Shown here: piece after piece, positions 8,744 to 17,453 of the stretch
Numbering within the stretch: the stretch's first letter is position 1
Layout: every line of letters begins with the position of its first letter
Source of the DNA: a virus
Reading direction: 5' to 3' (one strand)
Length of the DNA: 62,723 nt
IMG/VR virus record: IMGVR_UViG_3300028920_000026
Location: 128,001-190,723 of that record
Translations under genes and position numbers: made by a program
The notes under the pieces: model-generated
Database searches by the model: none
Seen by the model: only the letters and a program-made list of their open reading frames with translations
Told to the model about the DNA's origin: nothing

Positions 8744-9076
8744 TCATTTTAACGCAAGTGAGAGCGATTTACAAATGGATTTCGCTGATGGTTCAAGCGC
8801 GATGGCCGTAAGTTGGTCGCCGATGTCTGGTTCATGGAACTGGGCGACTTTGTAGTCTCCCATCCTTGCCATCTCGACAAGTTCTTTTAAGAAATATTCG
8901 TTAGGAACCTCGAGCAACGCAATGTAGTTGCTACGCTCAAACCATTCACGATCGAGCTCAGGAAACTCTGCAGTGAATTGTCTAAGCGCATGAGCTGCCT
9001 GTACTGCCCGGTATCCCGGGGCGACCTCGCCCCGGGTCACTAGGTACAGCTTGTCGCCTTCCTTTATCCGCGCCAT
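8744..9076 (-). CDS. Peptidyl-tRNA hydrolase, PTH2 family-like
   Basis: The 110-aa product carries ...GYRAVQAAHAL... (compare the GK.AAQ..HA motif of Pth2). Downstream, W...ALLEVPNEYFLKELVEMARMGDYKVAQFHEPDIGDQLTAIALEP follows the Pth2 fold pattern (W..G..KVVLKV..E.EL..L...A...GL....DAG.T....GT.TVLAIGP). Confidence 0.5.
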   Translation of the reverse strand: MARIKEGDKLYLVTRGEVAPGYRAVQAAHALRQFTAEFPELDREWFERSNYIALLEVPNEYFLKELVEMARMGDYKVAQFHEPDIGDQLTAIALEPSAKSICKSLSLALK

Positions 9077-9079
9077 GGC

Positions 9080-9397
9080 CTACTCATTCATCCATTCAAG
9101 AATTCTTGAGTCGGTCACAAGGACCCTCGATGCGACCTCGCGAGCCAGTACCTTGACCTCCCATTCATTGAGGGATGTCTTCTTTTCCATCAGCCTGTAC
9201 GGTGTACCGCTGAGGAACCCTCTCGCGATGTGGATCGTCCTGCCGTCGCGCTTCTCATTCGTCTTGATCAGAGCGATCGCCTGAGCATCCTCGTGATCCT
9301 TGCGACTACGACAAACAAGCTTTGCGTGACGAAGCTCACGCACCTTTGCAACATGGCCCTTTAGTTCAGCCTTGAGCGTCAATTCTATATGCGACAT
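9080..9397 (-). CDS. Hypothetical protein (105 aa), basic
   Basis: ORF coupled to the Pth2-like gene (its stop lies 1 nt from the Pth2 start). No motif recognised. Confidence 0.35.
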   Translation of the reverse strand: MSHIELTLKAELKGHVAKVRELRHAKLVCRSRKDHEDAQAIALIKTNEKRDGRTIHIARGFLSGTPYRLMEKKTSLNEWEVKVLAREVASRVLVTDSRILEWMNE

Positions 9398-9596
9398 GAT
9401 AGTCCTCCAAAGTCAAACACAAACGAAACAAAACAGACGAGACTGGATTCGCTGTGTTTGGGAGGACTTCGAGCCCGAATTTACGAGTAACCAAGCATGT
9501 AACAAATCATATTGTAATCATACATTTACTTGTGTACACATCTAAAATACAGTTATGTTCTCTCGCTACTTTCATTTTGCAGCAGCGGCTTTGAAT

Positions 9597-10394
9597 TTAC
9601 CCATTTTCGCCCCCAAACAATTCGACGAATAGCCGATTTGCCTCGACTTCCTGGGCATCTTGTGCGGCATTCCATGCGACACTCCATGCGGAATTCGTGG
9701 CAGCGTATGCGGTGGTTGCGGCGGTTGCGGCGGTGGGAGCGGCGTGCCATGTGGGGTCTGCTGCGGCTGCTGCTGCAGCAAGGACTGCGGCTTCGGCGGC
9801 AACGGGCATAGTGGAGGTGACGCTGACGCGTCGTGCAGCAGACCATGCTGCATTCAACTTCTTATCGGTTGCTCTCCTCCATGCATACTGCTCGGCCACG
9901 TTGATTGTATTTTCTAATACTTTATGGTCCGTCTTAAACGCCAAGTGCAGAACAGACCTTGCACACCAAACAGCCCACAACCGCAGGAATCGATCGGTCT
10001 CCTCGCGCGTTGCAATCCAATCAGTATGCAGGATAGTCCCGCAAAGTTTTTTTATGCCAACGTTCACATTACCACTGATGCGGCTTGACGTGAGCAGCGG
10101 GTTGGAGGTATACTTCGCCCCAGTATCCAATGCATCGCGCAGCGTCAGCGAGCCGTGAAAGCCGCGCCCACAGAGCACCGCCGGTCCATCCACCCGTAGC
10201 GTTTTGCCAGCGACGATACGCCGACCATCGTCATGTGCCAGACGTAAGTCGCCTGAAACGAATCGCCATACGTTGTATTGAGGTATTGTCATTCTCATTC
10301 CTTTTCCAGAATAGACGAACACATTGATCATTAAAATTTCTTGCAATGTTCTGACGTTTGCAGAACCAACGTTAATCGTTTGGATTTGAGACAA
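9597..10394 (-). CDS. Hypothetical protein with an Ala/Thr-rich low-complexity C-terminus
   Basis: 265-aa ORF. The C-terminal AAEAAVLAAAAAAADPTWHAAPTAATAATTAYAATN is encoded by a local GC-rich repeat at about 9640-9860. Confidence 0.4.
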   Translation of the reverse strand: MSQIQTINVGSANVRTLQEILMINVFVYSGKGMRMTIPQYNVWRFVSGDLRLAHDDGRRIVAGKTLRVDGPAVLCGRGFHGSLTLRDALDTGAKYTSNPLLTSSRISGNVNVGIKKLCGTILHTDWIATREETDRFLRLWAVWCARSVLHLAFKTDHKVLENTINVAEQYAWRRATDKKLNAAWSAARRVSVTSTMPVAAEAAVLAAAAAAADPTWHAAPTAATAATTAYAATNSAWSVAWNAAQDAQEVEANRLFVELFGGENG

Positions 10395-10773
10395 GGTAAA
10401 CAGCGGTATTCCTACACCATCCGATCCTCTGAGACTTAGACGTGAGGACCTTATAGTAGGTCTTGTGATCCCTATGATCGGCTACTATGTCTATGATCGT
10501 CACCAGCTCGCCGTCCATGACTTTGCCAATGCAGCGCTCGCCTAACTTCATGACTTTTGACCTCTCGCGCATTGCTAACCTACTTGGGGTGCCCAAAAAT
10601 GTCTTCTGCGTTGCGGAATCAGCAACATCCAATTCCTCTTCAATGTCTGCCAAGAATCCCGGCGCTGGGAACAATCCAATGCAGTCCTTCTTACGCCCTT
10701 TGAATTCCTTTGTTGCGATACGACACAAGGAGCCTCTAGTGATCATGTGATCATTGTAAGGCTCCTTGGACAC
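10372..10773 (-). CDS. Hypothetical protein (133 aa)
   Basis: ORF only. Confidence 0.3.
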   Translation of the reverse strand: MSKEPYNDHMITRGSLCRIATKEFKGRKKDCIGLFPAPGFLADIEEELDVADSATQKTFLGTPSRLAMRERSKVMKLGERCIGKVMDGELVTIIDIVADHRDHKTYYKVLTSKSQRIGWCRNTAVYLVSNPND

Positions 10774-10788
10774 ACTTGCATTGTGTCG

Positions 10789-11211
10789 CTACGAACGCAT
10801 CTTAACTTCAATCGTCGACAGGTCGACTTCCTTTTGATCTGCCTGCTTTGCACGCTCTGCTCGTAGGTTGCGGAACCTGATCCCGCAGTAGATCATACCT
10901 CGGACAAGGACCGCTGCTGACTTTCTGAGCCCATGCAGCGCCTTTGGGACGACGACCGGAGACCCATGTCCCTGGTTGGATTCACCAGGATTGTCTGCCC
11001 AATCTGCTGCCGTTCTGTCCATGTAGACTCGAGCGAGGTTCAAGAACCTCGGCACGGTGCGTGCCTCGTCTGCTATGCGCCGTGGAAGGTCGTTTTGGTA
11101 CTCGAGTTCCGACCAGATCGCTTCGGTGGCCTGATCAAACTCTTCACGTGTGATTATTCGACTCATTGCTTGTTCTTTGCTGGATACAAGCACTTCGAAC
11201 ATGGACCACAC
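10789..11211 (-). CDS. Hypothetical protein (140 aa)
   Basis: ORF only. Confidence 0.3.
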   Translation of the reverse strand: MWSMFEVLVSSKEQAMSRIITREEFDQATEAIWSELEYQNDLPRRIADEARTVPRFLNLARVYMDRTAADWADNPGESNQGHGSPVVVPKALHGLRKSAAVLVRGMIYCGIRFRNLRAERAKQADQKEVDLSTIEVKMRS

Positions 11212-11981
11212 CTATGGCGTTCGCTCTGCCCAAAGAAGTCTGGTGGACAGACCATACGGCGATGTTCCTGAGAAAGGCCTTGCCACCACGAGTGATCCGT
11301 CATCTTTTCGAGCTTCTTGCCCGTCAGCTTGTCTTCACCGTCTCGAGCTCGCAGGTCGTAGTCTGGGAAGATGACTGACCCACTCGGCAGGTCGTCTGGA
11401 ACTGTTCCATCGCACGTGAGGTAGCAGATGCGAAGACCGGGCCAGCAGTCGTACAGTTCCTTTGCCTTTCTGTAGTTCCTTGAATCGGCAGAGAGGTTGA
11501 CTGCTAGATTCTTTGCGTCGAGGTCCTGCACAACGTCGAACGTTCGCGTGTAGATCCAGTGCCGCACGTTAGAAGAGAACTTTGCAACCTTTGCGATCCA
11601 ACGAGCGTGCCTGTCGTTCATTACGTCGCCGCTCACATGCCAGCGGAAACCGTCTGAGCAGTGTTCACCGATCCATGCTGCAAACGCTGCAGCTGTATCG
11701 TACATCGATGATTCTGACATGAGGATCCGGTGCATGACACGTTCGTTCTTGCAGTACTCGGCATACACCTCAGGCGCGTGCTTCTGCAGACCATACACGT
11801 AGCACGACTTCATGCAGTCCTCTGTTGCACCGGGACACGTTGAGATGTGTGGCAGGCTCAGCGCGTTCGGAACAGGCACCTCGTAAGAGCCATTGCCAAC
11901 AGTAATCTTGCTGTTCCCATCAACATAGAGCGAAAGCCCGTCACCGACATTGATCAGTTCCTTTACGTACGTCGTCGCCAT
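11163..11981 (-). CDS. Cys-rich hypothetical protein (272 aa)
   Basis: Long ORF with conserved-looking cysteine clusters (CPGATEDCMKSCY near the N-terminus; CGPCSKC at the C-terminus). No confident family assignment. Confidence 0.35.
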   Translation of the reverse strand: MATTYVKELINVGDGLSLYVDGNSKITVGNGSYEVPVPNALSLPHISTCPGATEDCMKSCYVYGLQKHAPEVYAEYCKNERVMHRILMSESSMYDTAAAFAAWIGEHCSDGFRWHVSGDVMNDRHARWIAKVAKFSSNVRHWIYTRTFDVVQDLDAKNLAVNLSADSRNYRKAKELYDCWPGLRICYLTCDGTVPDDLPSGSVIFPDYDLRARDGEDKLTGKKLEKMTDHSWWQGLSQEHRRMVCPPDFFGQSERHRCGPCSKCLYPAKNKQ

Positions 11982-12250
11982 TTCAAAACAACCTTCTTGA
12001 GAAGAATCCTCAACTTTTCAAAAATGCCCGCCTTGACGTCTGGAACTGTTCCACTTGAGAGCTTATCGCCTGAAGCTTCACCGGTAAGGCGGGCAAAGAC
12101 CTTTTCGAAGTTTTTGGAGTGACATTCCTCTGAGCAGAACCAAAGAGAACGTCCACGTCCACCTACCCAACAATTCTCATGTGGTCCAGTGATGAGCCTG
12201 CTGATGGAAAAATGTTTACCACAACCATTACACGGAAGATCATCAGTCAT
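11963..12250 (-). CDS. Small zinc-ribbon protein
   Basis: An internal ATG at 12248-12250 abuts the stop of the dehydrogenase gene. The protein carries CNGCGKH...C..EEC. Confidence 0.3.
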   Translation of the reverse strand: MTDDLPCNGCGKHFSISRLITGPHENCWVGGRGRSLWFCSEECHSKNFEKVFARLTGEASGDKLSSGTVPDVKAGIFEKLRILLKKVVLKWRRRT

Positions 12251-13226
12251 CTGAAACTGCGCGCCCAACCAGAAGTTCCCAGTCACGGTGTTCGGGAGGT
12301 CGAACCTCAAGGTTCTTCTTCATTGCGCCTTCAATAACGACAGGTTCTACACCGACCTGCCGCGCTACGTATGCAAGCGCGTTCATGTCCTTCGGGAAGC
12401 AGTGTCCCCCAAAGCCTCGAACATGCTTGCCGTCAACGACAACGGGACCAGGTACCGCCCAGTGCGAACCTCCGATGCGTTGATCGTACTTAACGTATTC
12501 AACGACCTTGTCGTAGTCAACGTTCAGGCCAAGCTTGTCAAGCGCGGTACAGATGTCGTACATCTCGTTTGCGAACGAGACCTTCGTGGCGAGAAAGCAG
12601 TTGATCGTGTACTTCACGAGCTCGGCCGTCGTCGAAGACGTCTTGATGATCGGAACCTTTGGGTACGCTGCTTGATACGTAAGCTTGACGTCATTGATCC
12701 AAGGACGCGGTCCACCGAGGATGATGCGTGTCTGGTTCAGAAAATCATCAATTGCATTCGCTTCAGTGAGAAATTCAGGATTGAAGATCACATGCAATCC
12801 GTATTTGTTGAACATCTCGTTCCAACGTTCCGTAGAACCAGGAGGACACGTTGATTTGACAACGGCAATGCGTTCACCGTCTACGCTTGCAAGCTCTTCA
12901 AGCACGGACTCAACGATGCGCGTATCTGCTGAACCATCCTTGCGCATCGGAGTAGGAACACCGACAAAGTAGATGCGAGTAAAGTCGATCTTTTCGTCGT
13001 TTTCGATCTTCTTGACAAACTCAGGTAGAGGCTTCACCTCATCGAAGCGCGGAACACCTTTTTTGTATGTCAAGGCGCCATTGATGATCTTGCCTCGGCG
13101 GCGTGGGTCAGCAACTTTTCCCGCCTTATCATAAGCATACACGTCAAATGCATGGCACATACCGACAGAAAGAGACCCACCCACAAAACCCTGTCCAATA
13201 CAGGCAATTGCTCGTTTGTTATTCAT
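12243..13226 (-). CDS. Nucleotide-sugar 6-dehydrogenase (UDP-glucose/GDP-mannose dehydrogenase family)
   Basis: The N-terminus has a Rossmann motif, IACIGQGFVGGS. NPEFLTEANAIDDFLNQTRIILGG matches NPEFLREG...DRIV.G. GFGGHCFPKD matches the catalytic-Cys motif GFGGSCFPKD. Confidence 0.65.
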   Translation of the reverse strand: MNNKRAIACIGQGFVGGSLSVGMCHAFDVYAYDKAGKVADPRRRGKIINGALTYKKGVPRFDEVKPLPEFVKKIENDEKIDFTRIYFVGVPTPMRKDGSADTRIVESVLEELASVDGERIAVVKSTCPPGSTERWNEMFNKYGLHVIFNPEFLTEANAIDDFLNQTRIILGGPRPWINDVKLTYQAAYPKVPIIKTSSTTAELVKYTINCFLATKVSFANEMYDICTALDKLGLNVDYDKVVEYVKYDQRIGGSHWAVPGPVVVDGKHVRGFGGHCFPKDMNALAYVARQVGVEPVVIEGAMKKNLEVRPPEHRDWELLVGRAVSDD

Positions 13227-13921
13227 ATCCTTGCATCCTTATGATTGAGTTCATGTAAAAACTCTCTGTAACCTTGGGTGGTTAACTCATCTTGAGTTAA
13301 CCAATTTAATTCGTAGTTGTTTTGAATACAAAATGTTTGAAGTGCTGATTTTTTCACACCAGCCTTAACATCATATCCTTTGACTTCTTCAATGATTTTT
13401 TGCTTTTTTGATAACCTTACAATCAAAAAGTCAGGAACATAATGTTTTGTCGATCCTTCAAACTCATACGCAATGCTAATTCCGTGTCGTTTTGTCCATG
13501 AAATAACATCATTATCATGATCAAGCTGATGCATACGAAACAGTTCAAGCGCGGAATCAGCATAAAACACTTCATTCATCTTTGTAGATTTGTACGTGCT
13601 CTTTCTACTATGAACAAAGTTATTCTTTATCCTTCCAGACGCGATCCCTTCTGATCTTTTCTTCGACATTACCTGTCGCGTTTCATCGGAATGTTGCTTT
13701 CCAAAGAAGGGATTATTCTCAGCGCTTTGGTTCCTATCAATTGTGCTTTTACCGATTATTTTTCGAGTCTCTTTGGTATGCTTCTTACCAAAGAAAGGAT
13801 TACCTGGTCCTTTATGAAGACAAGATCTGCAGACACGCTTGTATTTTTCAGCGTTGTGCATTGTTGCAGATGTTTTGTAACAAATCCTCTTATTACACTT
13901 TGGGCACAATCTTTCAAACAC
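13223..13921 (-). CDS. Homing-endonuclease-like protein: zinc ribbon + two NUMOD3 motifs + C-terminal PD-(D/E)xK nuclease domain
   Basis: The N-terminus has CPKCN...CRSC. Two NUMOD3-type repeats are present (NPFFGKKHTKETRKIIGKS and NPFFGKQHSDETRQVMSKK). The C-terminal ...ISWTKRHGISIAYEFE...YVPDFLIV...EEVKG is a paralog of the C-termini of the 45507, 49048 and 52421 ORFs. An ATGA overlap joins it to the dehydrogenase gene. Confidence 0.55.
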   Translation of the reverse strand: MFERLCPKCNKRICYKTSATMHNAEKYKRVCRSCLHKGPGNPFFGKKHTKETRKIIGKSTIDRNQSAENNPFFGKQHSDETRQVMSKKRSEGIASGRIKNNFVHSRKSTYKSTKMNEVFYADSALELFRMHQLDHDNDVISWTKRHGISIAYEFEGSTKHYVPDFLIVRLSKKQKIIEEVKGYDVKAGVKKSALQTFCIQNNYELNWLTQDELTTQGYREFLHELNHKDARI

Positions 13922-13951
13922 AAAATCAATTGTACGGAACGTACGTACTGT

Positions 13952-14575
13952 CTACAAACGTACAAAAAATGCAAGTTCGCCACCGACCTGCTCAGCCGGT
14001 GTCTTGAGCGGTCGTGTACCATACCTGTAGTTCACGCCTTCTACGCTGATAGCTACACCTGTTTCTTTTGATAGTTCAGCTGAAACGTCTTCATCGGATG
14101 CATTCGACCTGGGCTGCATGAAGTCGAACACAGACGGGTCCTTTTCTGTAGGCTTCGCTTGGACGGGTAGGACTACGTAGACGCCTATCTTTGCGACCTG
14201 TAACATGCGTTTCAGCATCTCAGGAGCGTTGTTTGAGTGTTCCAACGAATGGCACGTATACACGATGTCATAGCTGTTTTCACCAAACCTATCAACGATG
14301 TCGTGCATGTCCATCTTGACGATGTACTCCTCAGGGGCATCAAGGAGGTCGAGTCCAAGCGCTTCGTACCCAGCGTCGCGGAAGTCCTTGACCTCGCTGA
14401 AGTGCCTCGCTCCGACACAGAGGATCGACTGTGCATCTGGTGCGATCTTCTTGAGCACCTTGATGTCGTGGACGCGGACATCGTGCCGGTTGACAGTCCT
14501 GTGTCGCGTCTTCTCGTGGCGATCTACCTGGATTCGCGTGTACTCGTCGTGCGATCCGTAACTGTACCTCTTCAT
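13952..14575 (-). CDS. Class I SAM-dependent methyltransferase
   Basis: ILCVGARHFSEVKDF (motif I-like) and DIVYTCHSLEH (motif II/III-like) are present. The protein is 207 aa. Confidence 0.5.
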   Translation of the reverse strand: MKRYSYGSHDEYTRIQVDRHEKTRHRTVNRHDVRVHDIKVLKKIAPDAQSILCVGARHFSEVKDFRDAGYEALGLDLLDAPEEYIVKMDMHDIVDRFGENSYDIVYTCHSLEHSNNAPEMLKRMLQVAKIGVYVVLPVQAKPTEKDPSVFDFMQPRSNASDEDVSAELSKETGVAISVEGVNYRYGTRPLKTPAEQVGGELAFFVRL

Positions 14576-14588
14576 CCCGTCCTCCCAT

Positions 14589-15536
14589 TCAGCCGTTTAG
14601 GCATTGCTCGAACATCTTCCTGTATTGCGGCCACATGAGTTCGCGGCGCATGGTCCTGACGTTGTTGTACGCGACACCGATGTTTGGATCAGCATAAACG
14701 ACGTTCTCATGGATGCTTTCAGGCGCAAGCACCTGTTCAGCGATCCCGACGGGCGTGCTGACGATAGGTACACGCATCGCTGCAGCCTCGAGTATCGACT
14801 GCGGACCACCCTCGTGACGAGCAGTGACGAGATAGATGCTGCATGCCCTGTACATCGTTCTGATTGTCTCGAGTGGCGGGCGTTCGATGTACGTGTAGCC
14901 GATACCGACGCTATCGAGCCTGTTCATGATGTACTGACGACGCCATCCGCCGAGTAGCACACGCACCTTTTCAGGCGTTAATGATTCTTTAACGATGTGT
15001 TCTACAGCGTCACAGAACAGGTCTGGTCCTTTTTCGAGCTTCGGAGACTTCAGGTCGTGTCCCTCTGTGTCGCGCTGGAACGAACCAACGATGTACTCGT
15101 CCAGATTGAGGTTGAGTACTTCCCTTGCCACAAGCATGGCTTCCGTCTCCGTACCGACGACATCCGGTGGCGTCCAGAACTCGTCGTTGTACCAGTACCT
15201 CGTGACGACGATAGGCTTTGATGTCAGCCGCCTGATGAATTCTGCTGTCCTTTCATTGAAGCAGTGGTAGAGGTTCGTGACGGTGTCCCTCACGTAGAAG
15301 TCGCGCTTCTGCGCATGTCCAAACTTCTCAGGAACGATGTGATGGACAGTCGTGACGACCCTTTTTGACTGAAGATCGAACGGACTTACCTTGTCCCACG
15401 CCCAGTCTGCAAGCAACCAGATCACATCAGCTTCAGATGGACGATTGACGGCAATGTCTTGGTTTCCTTCGAACCATTCGTCGACCATGCGATCAACGAT
15501 CCAGTCCTCACCAGGAGGAAGCGCGTAGACCCTCAT
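14589..15536 (-). CDS. Glycosyltransferase (GT-B, GT4-like)
   Basis: VTARHEGGPQSILEAAAMRVPIVSTPVG is an E-x7-E-type motif. Confidence 0.55.
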   Translation of the reverse strand: MRVYALPPGEDWIVDRMVDEWFEGNQDIAVNRPSEADVIWLLADWAWDKVSPFDLQSKRVVTTVHHIVPEKFGHAQKRDFYVRDTVTNLYHCFNERTAEFIRRLTSKPIVVTRYWYNDEFWTPPDVVGTETEAMLVAREVLNLNLDEYIVGSFQRDTEGHDLKSPKLEKGPDLFCDAVEHIVKESLTPEKVRVLLGGWRRQYIMNRLDSVGIGYTYIERPPLETIRTMYRACSIYLVTARHEGGPQSILEAAAMRVPIVSTPVGIAEQVLAPESIHENVVYADPNIGVAYNNVRTMRRELMWPQYRKMFEQCLNG

Positions 15537-16513
15537 CGTGTGTTCTCCATGATCTTTGACAGTAAAAATTTTTCTAATTCACTGTCTGATAATGATTTTA
15601 CTTCAGAATAGTAGATCCTAATAAGCTTCATGTTCAACGATTTGAACAATTCATCTTGTACCTGATCTTTAGCTCGACGTTTTTGAGTATGTAAGTATTT
15701 TTTTGACGCTTTTGAAAGACCATGCCAAAATTCACCATCGTGTTCGATCCAAACATCAATTGATTTGATGTAAAAATCAACGGGATGTTTGTTGAACCAT
15801 TTTGGATGTTGAACATCATCATTTCCAAAAATTATCTGAAGTGCCTGCAGGATGCGTGCTTCAATCTTTGTTGTCTTAAACAGGTTGATACCTTTACGTT
15901 CCTTCGTTGCAAGCGCCTTTGCATTGACAACAGGATTTTGCATCGCATTTTTTGTTCCATATTTCTGTATGCACGTCGCCTCAATCTTTTCTTTTGCACC
16001 TGGCATTTGTGCAGGAGACTTCACACCGTGTTTTTCAAATGTTTCAAACGCTTTTTTGTGTGCCTTGTCTGCGAATTCTTTTACTTGAAGAGGATGTTCG
16101 ACTCCATAACGTTCTTTGAACGTTGAACGCATTGTGTTGATTGAAGATGTTCTGATCGTTTGATCACACATCGGATTTTCACCACCGTAACGTTCAACGC
16201 ATGTTTTACGACGTTTTTGTTCAATCATTGGTGATTGAATTGGACGCTCTGCGCCATAACGTTCAACATTTGTACGTTCCTGTGCATTGCACAACACTCC
16301 ACCTTTTTTACGAGCGTTTAATACACACCGTGTATTGCAAAAATGTAACCTAGACCTAGAACCTTTGAGACGATGTGTTCTCGTAAATTCCTGTTTGCAT
16401 TGATCACATTTATAAACATAGACGTTACGTTTGCATTTGCGTTGCGCTGAATTTACATATGTTTCCTTATCGATTCTTAAGAGCATACGATAGAATGTCC
16501 TCATACGCCTCAA
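15533..16513 (-). CDS. Putative homing endonuclease / DNA-binding protein with five tandem ERYG-type repeats and a C-terminal nuclease-like domain
   Basis: The N-terminus has a zinc ribbon, CDQCKQ...C. The repeats are VERYGAERPIQSP, VERYGGENPMCDQ, KERYGVEHPLQVKEF, FEKHGVKSPAQMPG and IQKYGTKNAMQNPVV. The C-terminal ...DFYIKSIDVWIEHDGEFWHG... resembles Vsr/PD-(D/E)xK-like nucleases. It is inserted between two glycosyltransferase genes. Confidence 0.4.
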   Translation of the reverse strand: MRRMRTFYRMLLRIDKETYVNSAQRKCKRNVYVYKCDQCKQEFTRTHRLKGSRSRLHFCNTRCVLNARKKGGVLCNAQERTNVERYGAERPIQSPMIEQKRRKTCVERYGGENPMCDQTIRTSSINTMRSTFKERYGVEHPLQVKEFADKAHKKAFETFEKHGVKSPAQMPGAKEKIEATCIQKYGTKNAMQNPVVNAKALATKERKGINLFKTTKIEARILQALQIIFGNDDVQHPKWFNKHPVDFYIKSIDVWIEHDGEFWHGLSKASKKYLHTQKRRAKDQVQDELFKSLNMKLIRIYYSEVKSLSDSELEKFLLSKIMENTR

Positions 16514-17453
16514 CTACGTATTTGATGTCAACAATAGAACCCATTGCGTATCGTTGCGCGGAATCAAAATCCTTCCAGACGATGTCTTGCTCGACGATAA
16601 TGTCCGGTGGATTATCGTAGTCACGAAGAGTATAGTCATATGCAACTTGTTCCTGTAGCAAAATTCCATTCACTCCTACGAGTTCACGAGTGCCTCCGTC
16701 TGATGTGTGGATAACAGGACATCCACACCCAAGTGATTCAACGACTGTATTCGGTGAATGATCCAACCACGCAAGATGAATCATATAGTCTGCCTGTGAA
16801 TAGACCTGTAGGCATGCCTCGTGAGAGATGCTGCCGGCGTAGAAGATCGATGGTTTGATGTATCTATCGACGGATCTTAACGCCGCAGCGTCAGCGTTGT
16901 TTCCCAGGATCAGCAACCCGGCGTTTGGAAATTTCGTACGCTTCAGGTGTTGAAAAAATTCAACGTTTGCCTTGAGGCGCTTCTGAGGGTGCCAGTTCGA
17001 TGAACAGACAAAAAGCTTATCAAAATCATTGCGTAGGTTCTGAAGTGATACCTGTTGTTGCTGTGTGAGGGCTGTTCTGATCTCGAGCGGATCGATCCCG
17101 TTGTGAATCACTGCGTCGTATTTGTGCTCGCCCCACCAACCTGTGACCTGCTTCCTGTTGAACTCCGACTGAAACACGACCGCCGTTGCAGCATCATAGG
17201 TCCTCTTGATGCCCACGTTCTTCACAGAAAACTCGTCTGGTTTGAACCAGATACCATCAAGACGTTGCACGAATGGTTTGCTCGTGTCCAACCGTGGGCT
17301 CTGTTCGATGAACACGATTGCAACATCGTAGTCATCTGGATCTGCGAGAATGTGTCCACGGTTTGCAAGCGCCTTAGCGAGGCGCTTTGCGAACGAGTTT
17401 GGTCCCGATCGCGATGACATGTCTACGTTGTCAAAGTAGATTTTCAATTCCAT
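16467..17453 (-). CDS. Glycosyltransferase (GT-B fold, GT1/GT4-like)
   Basis: 328-aa ORF. GCGCPVIHTSDGGTRELV resembles the C-terminal donor-binding region of GT-B enzymes. Confidence 0.45.
   Translation of the reverse strand: MELKIYFDNVDMSSRSGPNSFAKRLAKALANRGHILADPDDYDVAIVFIEQSPRLDTSKPFVQRLDGIWFKPDEFSVKNVGIKRTYDAATAVVFQSEFNRKQVTGWWGEHKYDAVIHNGIDPLEIRTALTQQQQVSLQNLRNDFDKLFVCSSNWHPQKRLKANVEFFQHLKRTKFPNAGLLILGNNADAAALRSVDRYIKPSIFYAGSISHEACLQVYSQADYMIHLAWLDHSPNTVVESLGCGCPVIHTSDGGTRELVGVNGILLQEQVAYDYTLRDYDNPPDIIVEQDIVWKDFDSAQRYAMGSIVDIKYVVEAYEDILSYALKNR

Noticed and set aside
9530-9917. Four overlapping ORFs (9530-9811 +, 9553-9846 -, 9572-9853 -, 9660-9917 +) rich in R/C/G/P
   Set aside because: They are shadow frames of the GC-rich (GCN)n repeat inside the 9597-10394 gene. 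The composition-driven open frames have no start context or coupling.
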